In this document: one piece after another, positions 1-10,565 of the stretch
How the letters are laid out: each line of letters starts with the position of its first letter
Position numbering within the stretch: position 1 is the stretch's first letter
Assembly (NCBI GenBank): GCA_965209025.1
Contig: OZ242375.1
Location: 258,302-322,301, forward strand
DNA: 64,000 nucleotides
From: Acidimicrobiia bacterium
Lineage (GTDB): Bacteria > Actinomycetota > Acidimicrobiia > Spongiisociales > ZC4RG35
Reading direction: 5' to 3'
Notes under the pieces: model-generated
The model's input: the letters and a program-made list of their open reading frames with translations, nothing else
What the model was told of the DNA's origin: nothing
Databases searched by the model: none
Made by a program: the position numbers and the translations under genes

Positions 1-650
1 GCGACCTCCGGATGTGGGACGTGGCGGAGGACGCCCTCCTGCAGTCGATAAGGACCGGCGGCGTCTCCCACCGGGTGGCGGAGGGCGAGGGCGCCTTCTA
101 CGGACCCAAGATCGACATTCACGTGCGGGACGCCATCGGTAGGAGGTGGCAGATGTCCACCATCCAGGTTGACTTTGCGCTTCCCGAGAACTTCGGATTG
201 GAGTATGCCGACTCCGACAACGTGTTTCGTCGGCCTGTGATGATCCACTGCGCGAAAGCCGGATCCATCGAACGGTTCTTCGGAGTGCTGGTGGAGCACT
301 ACGCGGGGGCCTTCCCTCTGTGGCTGGCGCCGGTCCAGGTATCGGTGACGCCGGTGGCAGACCGGCATCTGGACTATGCCCGGGAGGTGGGAGGGCGGCT
401 GGAGTCGGCAGGTCTGCGGACCGAGGTGGATGCTTCGTCCGATCGGCTGGGAGAGAAGATCCGGCGGGCAATGACCTCCAAGCACCCTGCGGTTTTGGTG
501 GTGGGCGACCAGGATGTGGAGAACGGGACCGTGGGCGTGCGCCGTCATGGGGAGAGGCGTGAGAGAAGGGCGGTTCCGCTGGCCGAGGTCGTGCAGAGCC
601 TTGCGGACGAGGCTCTCCCTCCCGGCGGCCTGCCTGAGGGGCGTCCATGA
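1..650 (+). CDS. thrS: Threonyl-tRNA synthetase, C-terminal part (5' end lies outside the window)
   Basis: Translation contains FYGPKIDIHVRDAIGRRWQMSTIQVDFALPENFGLEY and the anticodon-binding region typical of ThrRS. The ORF runs to the window edge. Confidence 0.9.
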   Translation, partial: DLRMWDVAEDALLQSIRTGGVSHRVAEGEGAFYGPKIDIHVRDAIGRRWQMSTIQVDFALPENFGLEYADSDNVFRRPVMIHCAKAGSIERFFGVLVEHYAGAFPLWLAPVQVSVTPVADRHLDYAREVGGRLESAGLRTEVDASSDRLGEKIRRAMTSKHPAVLVVGDQDVENGTVGVRRHGERRERRAVPLAEVVQSLADEALPPGGLPEGRP

Positions 651-1138
651 GCTACCGGAGATCCGATGGGATCGTCATTCCCGAGGAGACGGCGCGCGCC
701 GAGGCCGTCCCCGACGACCTCGATGCAGGGGCGCCGGGCCCCTATCGCTTCCCGGACCCCGGTCGACGTCGGTGGGCCGCCTGGATTTACCTGGCGATGG
801 CCGGGCTCCTGGCGGGACTGGCCCTCTCGGAGCCCGGGCTGTGGATAACCGCTCTCCTCCTGGCCGCGATCGGCGCGTATCAGTGGTGGGCGTCGTGGCC
901 TCTAGTTCTCGACCAGGCCGGCGCCTTGCAGACCGCGGCCGCAAGAGTGCCCTTCGGGGTCGGGCACGCCTCGGTGGCGGTGACGTTCGCGGGGATACGG
1001 TCCCGTCCCCGCTGGCAGGTGATCGTCTACTCCTCGGAGAGCCCGCCGAAGCGCAGGGCGCTGGTGGAGATCGACGGCGTCACCGGAGAGTCCCCCGAGG
1101 ATGTGTTCATAGAGGACCTGGAACCTCCGCAAACCTGA
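647..1138 (+). CDS. Hypothetical membrane protein, 163 aa
   Basis: ATGA overlap with the thrS stop. Two predicted TM segments (WAAWIYLAMAGLLAGLAL, LWITALLLAAIGAYQWW). GC3-rich coding frame. No recognisable domain. Confidence 0.5.
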   Translation: MSYRRSDGIVIPEETARAEAVPDDLDAGAPGPYRFPDPGRRRWAAWIYLAMAGLLAGLALSEPGLWITALLLAAIGAYQWWASWPLVLDQAGALQTAAARVPFGVGHASVAVTFAGIRSRPRWQVIVYSSESPPKRRALVEIDGVTGESPEDVFIEDLEPPQT

Positions 1139-1161
1139 GGTCGGCGGATTCTCAGCTGCCT

Positions 1162-2433
1162 TTAGGAGAGTTTCCTCTCGGTCCGACCCACATAGACCTG
1201 CCGGGGTCGAAAGATGCGCCCCTTGGGATCGGACGCCATCTCCCTCCAGTGGGACAACCATCCCGGCAACCGGCCTATCGCGAACAGCACCGTGAACATC
1301 GCGGTCGGGAACCCCAGTGCCCGGTACAAAAACCCCGAGTAGAAGTCGACGTTGGGGTAGAGGCGCCGCTTTGCGAAGTACTCATCGGCCAACGCCGCAG
1401 CCTCCAAGTCCTTGGCAAGCTGCAGCAGGGGGTCGTCCTTGCCCAACCGGGACAACACCTCCCCGGCTGTCGCCTTGATGATTCTGGCTCTGGGGTCGAA
1501 GTTGCGATACACCCGGTGCCCGAAACCCATCAACCGGAACGGATCGGAGCGGTCCTTGGCGCGGTGCAGGGCCTTCTCGATGTCTCCCCCCTCGGATTGG
1601 ATCTCCTCCAGCATCCCCAGCACCGCCCGGTTGGCTCCTCCGTGGAGCGGTCCGGAGAGGGCGCTGATCCCCGCGGCGATCGACGAGAAAATGCTGGCCC
1701 CGCCCGAGCCCACCAGCCGCACCGCCGATGAAGAACAGTTCTGACCATGGTCGATGTGGAGGATCTGCAGCAAGTCCAACACAGCCACCTCTTCGGGGTC
1801 GGGAAGGGGGGACGAGTCGGATTCCGCCAGGGCGGTGTGGAAGAAACGGGAGGTGTAGGGAAGGTCTTCTCTGACTCTTATGGGTCCCAGTCCCAGCAGG
1901 CGGCGGTTGATGAGCGCGGCCAGCGTGGGAATGTCGGCCAGAAGGATCCGGACCGCCTCTTCGACGGCCTCCGGTCTGCTGGACTGTGAGAACTCCGGGT
2001 GGAGTCCGGCCATGGCCAGGACGCCGGCCGCCAGGGATGCCATCGGATCGCTGGTGGCGGGGAAGGTATCGAGAAAGTCGTCCATGTAGGGTCGGTCGAC
2101 GGCGTAGCGACCGATCTCCTCCTCGAACCGGCCGATGTCGTGGCGGGCGGGAAGGTCCTCATACAGCAACAGCCAGGCAGCCTCCAGGAAGCTGACCCGG
2201 CCGGCCAACTCCTCTATCGGATAGCCGCGGTAGCTCAAGGCTCCGTTCTCGCCGTCCACATAGCTGACGGCGCTGGGATTCTCCGAACTGTTGGCAAAGC
2301 CCCGGTCAACGGTGATAACCCCCAGGTCGGAGCGAAGACGGGAGATGTCAAGCCCCCGATCGCCGCGCGTGGGCTCTACCAGGGGCAACTCCAGCTCGCG
2401 GTCCCCGAGCAGGATTCTTGCATCATCACCCAT
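1162..2433 (-). CDS. gltA: Citrate synthase
   Basis: Motifs LSYRGYPIEELA, GFGHRVYRNFDPRA and NVDFYSGFLYRALGFP are typical of type II citrate synthase. 423 aa. Confidence 0.88.
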   Translation of the reverse strand: MGDDARILLGDRELELPLVEPTRGDRGLDISRLRSDLGVITVDRGFANSSENPSAVSYVDGENGALSYRGYPIEELAGRVSFLEAAWLLLYEDLPARHDIGRFEEEIGRYAVDRPYMDDFLDTFPATSDPMASLAAGVLAMAGLHPEFSQSSRPEAVEEAVRILLADIPTLAALINRRLLGLGPIRVREDLPYTSRFFHTALAESDSSPLPDPEEVAVLDLLQILHIDHGQNCSSSAVRLVGSGGASIFSSIAAGISALSGPLHGGANRAVLGMLEEIQSEGGDIEKALHRAKDRSDPFRLMGFGHRVYRNFDPRARIIKATAGEVLSRLGKDDPLLQLAKDLEAAALADEYFAKRRLYPNVDFYSGFLYRALGFPTAMFTVLFAIGRLPGWLSHWREMASDPKGRIFRPRQVYVGRTERKLS

Positions 2434-2437
2434 GCGC

Positions 2438-4489
2438 TTAATTATCGTCCTTCCGGGAGGCGTTAATGACCTTTTGTGCTTCCTGGGGAGGGATTTCGGA
2501 GTAGTGGTCGAAGGCCACTTCGAAAGTCCCCCGCCCGCTGGTCATGGAGCGGAGGTCCACGGCGTAACGCTGGATCTCCGCCATTGGCACCTCGGCGGAA
2601 ATGATCCGAAGGGACCCGTCGGTGTCCATGCCGTACACGCGGCCCCGCTTGGAGTTGATGTCCCCGATCACGTCCCCTGTGTACTCTTCGGGCACCTTCA
2701 CGGAAAGCTGGGTGATCGGCTCCAAGAGGACGGGACGAAGCTCCTGCGCGGCGGCCCGGACGGCGGCGATCCCGGCCATCCGGAAGGAGAGTTCGTCCGA
2801 GTCCACCGAGTGATACTTCCCGTCGTACACCTCGGCGGAGACGTCGATCACCGGGAATCCGGCCAGCACGCCCCGGGCGAAGGCCTCCTGGATCCCCTTG
2901 TTCACCGCCGGTATGTACTGGCGGGGGATGGATCCTCCCTTGATGGAGTCGATGAACTCATATCCCTCGCCCTGGGCCTGAGGGGCGAACCGCACGAAGG
3001 CGACGCCGAACTGCCCGCGTCCCCCGGTCTGCTTCTTGTGCTTGCCTTCCGCTTCGGCCCTTCCCGTGATCGTCTCGCGATAGGGGATCTTGGGCAGGGC
3101 AGTGTCCACTTCCACCCCGAACTTGCGGTTGATACGGGCCAGGGTCACGTCGAGATGGACGTCTCCAAGCCCTGCCAGGATCGTCTCGCCGGTCTCGGAG
3201 CGTCGCTCCACGGCCAGGGTGGGGTCTTCCTCCACAGCCCTCTGCAGGGCAGTGGAGAGCTTCTCCTCGTCCTGGGTGGAGCGGGGAAACACCGCCAACT
3301 CCATCACCGGCTTCGGGTAGACGGCCGGTAGTATCACGGCGTCCGATCCGGGAGAGCGCAGGGTGGACCCGGTGGTGGCCTTGTCCACCTTGGCCACCGC
3401 GGCCACGTCCCCGCACAGGATCCGGTCGGTGGTGATCGGGTTGCGACCCTGGAGGAAGAACAGGTTGCTGACCCGTACCGCCTGCCCTCCCGCCAACTCC
3501 AGGGTGTCGTCGGACTGGATAGACCCGCTGAACACGCGCAGGATGGAGATCCGCCCCACGTAGGGGTCCCCGATCGTCTTGAACACATATGCCGCCGCCG
3601 CGCCGTCCTCGTCTATCTCGACAGAGCCCTCCGAGAGTGGAGGAGCGGGACGCTCGAGCGGGGATGGAGCGAAACTCTTGACAAAGTCGGCAAGGACGTC
3701 GATCCCGATCATCTGACTGGAAGAGCCCGCCAGTACCGGGAAGATCTCTCCGGCCCGCATGGCTTCCCGGATGACCGACACGATCACCGCCTGTTCGGGT
3801 TCCTCTCCCTCGAAGTAGGCGGTCATCAGGTCATCATCGGTCTCCACCACCGACTCGACCAATTCCAAGTGGGCCTCTTCCAGGACGGCCGCCACCTCCG
3901 CAGGCGCACTGGTAGCCACCGTGCCCCGGGGATTGCCTTCCTCGTAGAGGTCCACCTGGCCCGAACTGACCCGGGCCACGCCCCTCAAGCCTGCCTCCTC
4001 TCCCACGTTGATCACCAGCGGCGCTATCCCCTTGCCGAACGCTTCCCGCAGTTCATCCAGGGTGCGGTTCAGGGAGGAGCGATCCCGGTCGAGCTTGGTG
4101 ACGAACACCGCCCGGGGAGTGCCCTCTTCGGCCGCCACCTTCCACATCAACTCGGTCTGCACCTCCACACCGTCCACTCCAGAGACGACGAAGAGGGCGA
4201 GGTCCGCAACCCGGATGGCGGACCGGGCGTCACCCGAGAAGTCGGCGTATCCAGGGGTGTCGATCAGGTTTATCTTGCATCCGTCCCACTCGAGGGAGGC
4301 GACCGACAGGTTGAGAGAGAGTTTTCTCTCCTCTTCTTCCGGCTCGTGGTCCAACATGGTGGTCCCCCGGTCCACCGACCCCAACCGGGTCGTGACGCCC
4401 GCGGTGAACAGCAGAGCTTCGGCGAGGGAAGTCTTACCACTCCCCCCGTGGCCTATCAGGGCGATGGTGCGAATCGAATCAGGTGACAA
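2438..4489 (-). CDS. Elongation factor G-like GTPase (EF-G paralog)
   Basis: GTPase G1-G4 motifs (GHGGSGKT, DTPGYADF, TKLD) and EF-G domain II-V architecture. Start placed at TTG 4489, which is preceded by GAGGAG with a 5-nt spacer. The ORF-track start at 4609 is probably an N-terminal over-extension. Confidence 0.8.
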   Translation of the reverse strand: MSPDSIRTIALIGHGGSGKTSLAEALLFTAGVTTRLGSVDRGTTMLDHEPEEEERKLSLNLSVASLEWDGCKINLIDTPGYADFSGDARSAIRVADLALFVVSGVDGVEVQTELMWKVAAEEGTPRAVFVTKLDRDRSSLNRTLDELREAFGKGIAPLVINVGEEAGLRGVARVSSGQVDLYEEGNPRGTVATSAPAEVAAVLEEAHLELVESVVETDDDLMTAYFEGEEPEQAVIVSVIREAMRAGEIFPVLAGSSSQMIGIDVLADFVKSFAPSPLERPAPPLSEGSVEIDEDGAAAAYVFKTIGDPYVGRISILRVFSGSIQSDDTLELAGGQAVRVSNLFFLQGRNPITTDRILCGDVAAVAKVDKATTGSTLRSPGSDAVILPAVYPKPVMELAVFPRSTQDEEKLSTALQRAVEEDPTLAVERRSETGETILAGLGDVHLDVTLARINRKFGVEVDTALPKIPYRETITGRAEAEGKHKKQTGGRGQFGVAFVRFAPQAQGEGYEFIDSIKGGSIPRQYIPAVNKGIQEAFARGVLAGFPVIDVSAEVYDGKYHSVDSDELSFRMAGIAAVRAAAQELRPVLLEPITQLSVKVPEEYTGDVIGDINSKRGRVYGMDTDGSLRIISAEVPMAEIQRYAVDLRSMTSGRGTFEVAFDHYSEIPPQEAQKVINASRKDDN

Positions 4490-4647
4490 GCGGGCTCCTC
4501 GTGACAATTTGGCAGGTGAATTCAGGATAGCGCAAACAGCCCGCCCCCTATTTGGCTGCGGCACGCGGTAATTTCGGGGAGCATGGCTCTGTTTGGCAGT
4601 GACGGACAATTGCCGCTTGTCCTGAGAACGGTTAGCGTGAGGGAACC

Positions 4648-5220
4648 GTGATAGACATTTGGGTGCGCCCTCACCTGAGAAGGGTGCTTGATCCTATCGG
4701 GCGTTTCCTGAACCGGTGCGGGATCAGTCCTGCCGCCCTCACCTTCTTCGGTTTGGGGGTGACCATCGTCGGGGCCGTGATCATTTCCCTCGAGTTCCTG
4801 GTGACCGGTTCGGTGATCGCCCTGGCAGGTTCGGCTATCGACGGTCTGGACGGCTCGCTTGCCCGTGCGGCCGACAAGGTCACCAAGAGAGGGGCGTTCC
4901 TGGATGCCTCGGTGGACCGGCTCGGCGAGGTCGCCTGCTTCTCGGGGTTGGCGGTGGCCCGCGCCGGCGAGCCGCGGACGCTGATGCTGATCGTCCTCTC
5001 GGTGTCCGGCGCCCTGATGATCCCATACCTGCGGGCCCGGGCCGAAGCGGAAGGACTGAGGGGGACCGGGGGCTTCATGGGCAGGGCCGAGAGGGTGATT
5101 CTCTTTGCTCTGGGGCTGCTGACCGGATGGGTCGAGCCTATGTTGTGGGCCATGACCGTTCTCTGCTGGATTTCTGCCCTGCCCCGCTTCGTGGTGGCCT
5201 ACCGAGAACTGAAGCGGTGA
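4648..5220 (+). CDS. pgsA: CDP-alcohol phosphatidyltransferase (phosphatidylinositol-phosphate synthase type)
   Basis: DG(x2)AR...G(x3)D(x3)D motif in AIDGLDGSLARAADKVTKRGAFLDASVDRLGE. Multi-TM protein. First gene of the conserved pgsA-acyltransferase-pimA triad. Confidence 0.8.
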   Translation: MIDIWVRPHLRRVLDPIGRFLNRCGISPAALTFFGLGVTIVGAVIISLEFLVTGSVIALAGSAIDGLDGSLARAADKVTKRGAFLDASVDRLGEVACFSGLAVARAGEPRTLMLIVLSVSGALMIPYLRARAEAEGLRGTGGFMGRAERVILFALGLLTGWVEPMLWAMTVLCWISALPRFVVAYRELKR

Positions 5221-6095
5221 AATCCCGTATCGCCTACTGGGGCGTCAGGGCGGCCTCGGGATTCATGCGCATCTGGCCGCTGTGGGTGGTGCAACCCCTG
5301 GGCGGCGCCGCCGGAGTGGTGGCTTCCCTGCTCCTGCCTCGGCGTCGCCGCATGGCCGGAAGGCACGCCGGCAGGACGGGACTGGACGAGAAGCTGGGCA
5401 GCCGCTCCCGAGCGGTCAGAAAGATTTTCGCCAGTTACGGCCAGTACTGGGGGGAGTCCCTCTGGGCCGCTCCCCGCAATGTGAGGCGGATGGCCGGGCG
5501 CTTCCATCTGGAGGGGGCCGAGGTGCTGGAGAACGCCCTGGAAGACGGGAAGGGCGTGGTGGTTGTGTTACCCCACCTGGGCAACTGGGAGATGGCCGGC
5601 GCAGCCGTCTGGGACATGAACGTGGAGGTGGTGGCGGTGGCCGAAAACCTGGCGAACTCCTACATTCGCGATTGGTTTTCCCGGATGCGGGGATTGACGG
5701 GCATAAACGTCGTGTTCGCCCACCGGGGTCTTCTCGGCGAACTCGAGAAAAAGCTTGACAGCCGGACCGCGGTTTGCCTTCCTTCTGATCGGGACCTGAG
5801 CGGCAGGGGCATCCCGGTGCAGTTCTTCGGGGAGGAGACGACCCTGCCGGCCGGGCCGTTGCTGCTGGGCATTCGTTCCGGTCGCCCGGTAATCCCGGTG
5901 GCCGTCTACTTCGAGAAGAAGAGCCGTTACCGGGCCGCTCTGAGGCCGCCCCTGGCCATTCCCGGGGAGGGAAGCCTCTCCGAGAGGCTCAGCAAGGGCG
6001 CGCAACTCATGGCATGCGCATTCGAGGACCTGATCAAGGCCGCTCCCGAGCAGTGGCATCTCCTCCAGCCCAACTGGCCCTCCGACCGGGTTTGA
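5217..6095 (+). CDS. Lysophospholipid / PIM acyltransferase (HtrB/LpxL family, PatA-like)
   Basis: GTG at 5217 overlaps the pgsA stop (GTGA). LPHLGNWE acyltransferase motif. Conserved position between pgsA and pimA. The ORF-track frame starting at 4716 is an upstream extension overlapping pgsA. Confidence 0.78.
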   Translation: MKSRIAYWGVRAASGFMRIWPLWVVQPLGGAAGVVASLLLPRRRRMAGRHAGRTGLDEKLGSRSRAVRKIFASYGQYWGESLWAAPRNVRRMAGRFHLEGAEVLENALEDGKGVVVVLPHLGNWEMAGAAVWDMNVEVVAVAENLANSYIRDWFSRMRGLTGINVVFAHRGLLGELEKKLDSRTAVCLPSDRDLSGRGIPVQFFGEETTLPAGPLLLGIRSGRPVIPVAVYFEKKSRYRAALRPPLAIPGEGSLSERLSKGAQLMACAFEDLIKAAPEQWHLLQPNWPSDRV

Positions 6096-6104
6096 CCCTG
6101 GCTC

Positions 6105-7148
6105 ATGAGGGTCTGCCTGGTCTCACCGTATGACCTGACCCAGGACGGGGGTGTCCAAATGCAGGTGCTGGGCCTGGCAGCATGGCTGACGGGCCAGGGC
6201 GACGAGGTGCGGGTTGTCGCTCCTCGCCTGCCCGGGGACTCCCAAGGGGTGGAGGTGGGAAGGGTGGTGCGAGTCCGGGCCAACCGGTCGGTGGCGCCCA
6301 TCTGCCTGTCGCCGACAGTCTCCGTCCGGATGAAGGAGACCCTCGGCTGGGGTGAGGTGGCGCACATTCACGAGCCGCTCATGCCCATGGTGGGGTTGGC
6401 GGCGTTGCGGACTCGGGGTCCCAAGGTGGCCACCTTCCACGCCGACCCCCCGGGATGGGTGAGCCGGCTCTACCGCGGTCTGCATCCCTGGGTGCGCTCC
6501 CTCAAAGCGCCCCGGACCCTGGTTACCGCGGTCAGCCGTCAGGCGGCGGTGGCCCTGCCCTCCGGGTGGAAACCCGAGGAGATCGTTCCCAACGGAGTGG
6601 AGACGGCCATCGGTGGGGCGGGGGCCGAACGTAGGAGGGGGAGGGTGGTGTTCCTGGGCCGGGACGAGCCGCGCAAGGGTCTGGGCGTCTTGCTGGAAGC
6701 CTGGCCGCGGATCAGGAGTCGCCATCCCCATGCGGAGTTGGTGGTGATGGGCGCCGAGCGCCCGGATCCGCCCGAGGGCGCCGTCTTCCTGGGGAGGGTG
6801 GACACCGACGTCAAGATACGGACGCTGCGGTCGGCCGAGGTCTATGTCGCCCCCAACCTGGGAGGGGAGAGCTTCGGGATAGTGCTGGTTGAGGCGATGG
6901 CGGCAGGTTGCGCGGTAATCGCCTCCGACCTGGCGTCCTTCCGGGATGTCGCCGGCTCTGCGGCCAGGTATTTCACGCCTGGCAGCGTCGATGGGATGGT
7001 GGAACAGGTCCACCGGGTCCTGGAGAGTCCCCCGGTCACGGCTCGGCTCTCGGAGGCGGGCCCGTTGCGGGCGGACAGGTATTCCTGGGACAGGGTGGGT
7101 CCGGCCTACCGGGATTGCTACGAAAGGGTGATTCGCCGGAGCGCATGA
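6105..7148 (+). CDS. pimA: GT4 glycosyltransferase, phosphatidylinositol alpha-mannosyltransferase-like
   Basis: N-terminus MRVCLVSPYDLTQDGGVQ and C-terminal GT4 E(x7)E region (ESFGIVLVEAMAAG). Synteny with pgsA and the acyltransferase. Confidence 0.78.
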   Translation: MRVCLVSPYDLTQDGGVQMQVLGLAAWLTGQGDEVRVVAPRLPGDSQGVEVGRVVRVRANRSVAPICLSPTVSVRMKETLGWGEVAHIHEPLMPMVGLAALRTRGPKVATFHADPPGWVSRLYRGLHPWVRSLKAPRTLVTAVSRQAAVALPSGWKPEEIVPNGVETAIGGAGAERRRGRVVFLGRDEPRKGLGVLLEAWPRIRSRHPHAELVVMGAERPDPPEGAVFLGRVDTDVKIRTLRSAEVYVAPNLGGESFGIVLVEAMAAGCAVIASDLASFRDVAGSAARYFTPGSVDGMVEQVHRVLESPPVTARLSEAGPLRADRYSWDRVGPAYRDCYERVIRRSA

Positions 7149-7201
7149 CGTCGGAACCCTCCGGGTAAACCGTCGCTATTGCGGCCCGCCCGACCGCAAA
7201 G

Positions 7202-8119
7202 ATGGCTACGATTAGGGGGATGGACCAGAGCAACGGTATGAAGACCGGCACGGAGTTGGTCAAGCGGGGACTTGCCGACATGCTGAAGGGAGGCGTGATC
7301 ATGGACGTGGTCGACGCCGACCAAGCTCGGATCGCCGAGGATGCGGGGGCGGTGGCGGTGATGGCATTGGAGCGGGTCCCGGCCGACATCCGCAAGGACG
7401 GAGGAGTGGCGCGGATGGCCAATCCCGCCAAGGTGACCGAGATCATGGGGGCTGTGACCATACCGGTGATGGCCAAGTGCCGGATCGGGCACTTCCTCGA
7501 GGCCCGTGTCCTGGAGGATTTGGGGGTGGATTACATAGACGAGTCAGAGGTGCTCACCCCCGCCGACGAGGAGTTCCACGTGGACAAGTGGCCGTTCACC
7601 ACTCCCTTCGTCTGTGGCGCCCGTGACCTGGGGGAGGGGCTGCGACGGCTGTCGGAGGGCGCCGCCATGATCCGTACCAAGGGAGAAGCCGGTACCGGCA
7701 ACGTGGTGGAAGCGGTGCGGCACATTCGGGCCATCACCAGCCAGATGGAGGCGCTGGCCGACATGACCGACGAAGAGCAGGCACACCAGGCCGAGATGAT
7801 GAGGGTCTCTCCCGAACTGGTCAAGGAGGTGGCTTCCCTGGGTCGCCTGCCGGTGGTCAATTTCGCGGCGGGAGGGATCGCCACGCCCTCCGATGCGGCC
7901 CTGATGATGGCCCTCGGCTGTGACGGGGTGTTCGTGGGCAGCGGCATTTTCAAGAGCTCCCAACCCGCCGCCTACGCCGCAGCAATCGTGGAGGCGACTA
8001 CTTACTGGGACAACCCCGGGGTAATCGCCAAGGTGTCGCGGGGTCTGGGAGAGCCCATGCGGGGCAAAGAGATAGGAACCCTGGAACCAGCTGAGCGTTT
8101 GGCCGCCCGGGGTTGGTGA
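7202..8119 (+). CDS. pdxS: Pyridoxal 5'-phosphate synthase subunit PdxS
   Basis: KGGVIMDVV...AKCRIGHF...[14 protein letters not shown] motifs. Start could be ATG 7202 or 7220 (AGGGGG immediately upstream of 7220). Confidence 0.9.
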   Translation: MATIRGMDQSNGMKTGTELVKRGLADMLKGGVIMDVVDADQARIAEDAGAVAVMALERVPADIRKDGGVARMANPAKVTEIMGAVTIPVMAKCRIGHFLEARVLEDLGVDYIDESEVLTPADEEFHVDKWPFTTPFVCGARDLGEGLRRLSEGAAMIRTKGEAGTGNVVEAVRHIRAITSQMEALADMTDEEQAHQAEMMRVSPELVKEVASLGRLPVVNFAAGGIATPSDAALMMALGCDGVFVGSGIFKSSQPAAYAAAIVEATTYWDNPGVIAKVSRGLGEPMRGKEIGTLEPAERLAARGW

Positions 8120-8694
8120 CCGTGCCGCCCACCATCGGGGTGTTGGCGCTCCAGGGAGACGTGCGGGAGCACCTTGTCGCTCTTGAGCGTCTGGGCGTCC
8201 CGACCCGATCGGTGCGTCTGCCGGAGGACCTGACGGGACTGGACGGGTTGGTCATTCCGGGCGGCGAGTCCACCACCATCGGCCGCCTCGCCGAACGGTT
8301 CGGGCTACTACACCCCCTGCGCGCCGCCCTGGCCGACGGGCTTCCCACCCTGGCCACCTGCGCGGGGATGATTCTGGTGGCAGGCGCCATCGTGGAGGGG
8401 GACCAGCCACTGCTGGGAGCGCTGGACGTGGTGGTGCGCCGCAACGCCTTCGGACGACAGAACGAGTCCTTCGAGATGGACCTGGACGTAAAGGGTCTGG
8501 ACCGGCCTTTTCACGGTGTGTTCATCCGGGCGCCCTGGGTGGAGAAGGTGGGGAGCGACGTCGAGGTGCTGGCCCGGATCGGGGACCGCCCGGTGATGGT
8601 CAGGTCCGGCCGGATTGTCGCCACGTCATTTCATCCGGAGTTGACCGACGACTCCCGCATCCACCGGCTGTGGATGGAAGACACAGGGGGCTAG
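8113..8694 (+). CDS. pdxT: Pyridoxal 5'-phosphate synthase glutaminase subunit PdxT
   Basis: [13 protein letters not shown], catalytic Cys in LATCAGMIL, His/Glu in SFHPEL. Overlaps the pdxS stop. Confidence 0.9.
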   Translation: MVTVPPTIGVLALQGDVREHLVALERLGVPTRSVRLPEDLTGLDGLVIPGGESTTIGRLAERFGLLHPLRAALADGLPTLATCAGMILVAGAIVEGDQPLLGALDVVVRRNAFGRQNESFEMDLDVKGLDRPFHGVFIRAPWVEKVGSDVEVLARIGDRPVMVRSGRIVATSFHPELTDDSRIHRLWMEDTGG

Positions 8695-8700
8695 AGGACC

Positions 8701-9444
8701 GTGGCCGGCCATTCCAAGTGGGCGAACATCAAGCATCGCAAGGGGCGACAGGACGCGGCCCGCGGGAAGCTCTTCGCCAAGATGGCCAAGGCCATCGAGA
8801 CCGAAGCTCGCAAGGGCGGGGGGGATCCGGAGGCCAACTATGCATTGGCGGCGGCGGTTTCGAAGGCCAAGGCGGTATCCATGCCCAATGACAACATCCT
8901 CCGGGCGATCAAGCGGGGGACCGGGGAGAGTGCGGGGGTCGCCTACGACGAGTTGTGGTACGAGGGGTACGCTCCCGGGGGAGTGGCGGTCTACGTGCAG
9001 GTCCTCACCGACAATCGTCGCCGGGCCGCCGCCGACGTGCGGGCGGTGTTCACCCGCAACGGGGGGAGCCTGGGAGAGCCGGGATCGGTGGGTTACCTCT
9101 TCCAGCCCAAGGGGCTGATCGCCACGGCCGGGGACGAGGACGATGTGCTGCTGGCGGCGCTGGAGGCGGGAGCGGAGGACGTAAGGGAGACGGGTGACTC
9201 CTGGGAGGTGATCACCCCGCCGAGGGCCATGGCCGGAGTGCGGGCGGCGATGGAGGAGTCGGGCTTGGCCGTGGAGTCGGCGGAACTGACCCAACTCCCC
9301 ATCTCGGAGGTGGCCGTGGACCGACGCACCGCTCCCCGGGTGCTGAGGCTGGTGGACGCCCTGGAGGACCTCGACGACGTGCAGAGCGTCTTCTCGAACT
9401 TCGAGATCAGCGATCAGATCCTGGAGGCGCTGGCCGGCCCGTGA
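8701..9444 (+). CDS. yebC: YebC/PmpR family probable transcriptional regulator
   Basis: MAGHSKWANIKHRKG N-terminus. Conserved position between pdxT and ruvC. Confidence 0.9.
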   Translation: MAGHSKWANIKHRKGRQDAARGKLFAKMAKAIETEARKGGGDPEANYALAAAVSKAKAVSMPNDNILRAIKRGTGESAGVAYDELWYEGYAPGGVAVYVQVLTDNRRRAAADVRAVFTRNGGSLGEPGSVGYLFQPKGLIATAGDEDDVLLAALEAGAEDVRETGDSWEVITPPRAMAGVRAAMEESGLAVESAELTQLPISEVAVDRRTAPRVLRLVDALEDLDDVQSVFSNFEISDQILEALAGP

Positions 9445-9516
9445 CAGGCGCCGGGGAGGGCGACGGGAGAGGAAAAGGCCGGGATGAGAGTCCGCCTTTC
9501 CTTACACTTTAACTAG

Positions 9517-9999
9517 GTGTTGGTATTGGGAGTAGATCCTGGTCTGGCCCGCACCGGGTACGCAGTGGTAAGCCGGGGCAGCCCCCATCGGGTGGTGGCC
9601 ATGGGGGTGATCAGCACACCGGTGAAGTGGCCGCTCGAAAACCGGCTGCAGGAGTTGGCCGGCGACCTCTCCGACGTCATCCGACGTTACCAACCGGGCG
9701 CCCTTGCCTTGGAGAAGGTCTACATAAAGGGGAACCGCTCGGCGGCGTCGGCGGTGGAGAGAGCCACCGGAGTGGTGATGCTCACCTCTGCGGAGGCGGG
9801 GATACCCGTTCGGGAGTACATTCCCAGCACTATCAAGAAGGTGGTCACCGGTGATGGGCGCGCCACCAAGGAGGCGGTGCAACGGTCCCTGTGGAGGACC
9901 CTGAGGCTGTCGGAGAACGGCCTGCCCCATGACGCCTTTGACGCGGTGGCGGTGGCGATCTGTCACCTCCAGCACCTGCACTTGGAAATCGTGCCGTGA
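9517..9999 (+). CDS. ruvC: Holliday junction resolvase RuvC
   Basis: N-terminus LVLGVDPGLARTGYAVV. Acidic catalytic residues present. GTG start. Confidence 0.88.
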   Translation: MLVLGVDPGLARTGYAVVSRGSPHRVVAMGVISTPVKWPLENRLQELAGDLSDVIRRYQPGALALEKVYIKGNRSAASAVERATGVVMLTSAEAGIPVREYIPSTIKKVVTGDGRATKEAVQRSLWRTLRLSENGLPHDAFDAVAVAICHLQHLHLEIVP

Positions 10000-10565
10000 T
10001 AGGATCCTTACGGGGAACGCTGACCGAGAGAAAACCGGAGGGGATCGTCATTGATGTGGGGGGTGTGGGATACGAGGTGACCATGGCGCCGTCTGCAGTG
10101 GAGGACCTCCCCGGGGAAAGGAGGGAGATTGTGATTAGCACCCACATGCACGTGTGGGCCGACGGGATGAGATTGTACGGATTCGGCCACTCCGAGGAGC
10201 GGGACCTGTTCCGGGTGTTGCTGTCCGCACAGGGGGTGGGGCCCAAGATGGCCCTGGCGGTCCTATCCACCCTGGCCGCACAGGAGGTTCGCGAGGCGGT
10301 GCGCCAGGAGGACGTGGCGGTTTTCACCCGGGTGAACGGAGTGGGGAAGAAGACCGCCCAGCGACTGATCCTGGACCTCAAGGGCAAGCTGGAGTCTTCC
10401 GAAGCCAATGTGTTGGAAGGCGCATCCCGCTCCGCCGACCTGTGGGCGGCGCTCTCGGGTCTGGGCTATCGCAGTCACGAGATCCGGCGGGCCACCGAGG
10501 CGATTGACACCGGCGTCGGGTTCGAGGACCAGCTGAAGGCCGCGCTGGCGGAGCTGGGAAGATGA
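9996..10565 (+). CDS. ruvA: Holliday junction branch-migration protein RuvA
   Basis: MIGSLRGTL...GVGYEV N-terminus, followed by HhH region. Overlaps the ruvC stop. Confidence 0.9.
   Translation: MIGSLRGTLTERKPEGIVIDVGGVGYEVTMAPSAVEDLPGERREIVISTHMHVWADGMRLYGFGHSEERDLFRVLLSAQGVGPKMALAVLSTLAAQEVREAVRQEDVAVFTRVNGVGKKTAQRLILDLKGKLESSEANVLEGASRSADLWAALSGLGYRSHEIRRATEAIDTGVGFEDQLKAALAELGR

Noticed and set aside
9445-9516. LexA/SOS box upstream of ruvC.
   Set aside because: No TCGAAC-N4-GTTCGA-like or other palindromic operator is recognisable in the yebC-ruvC gap.
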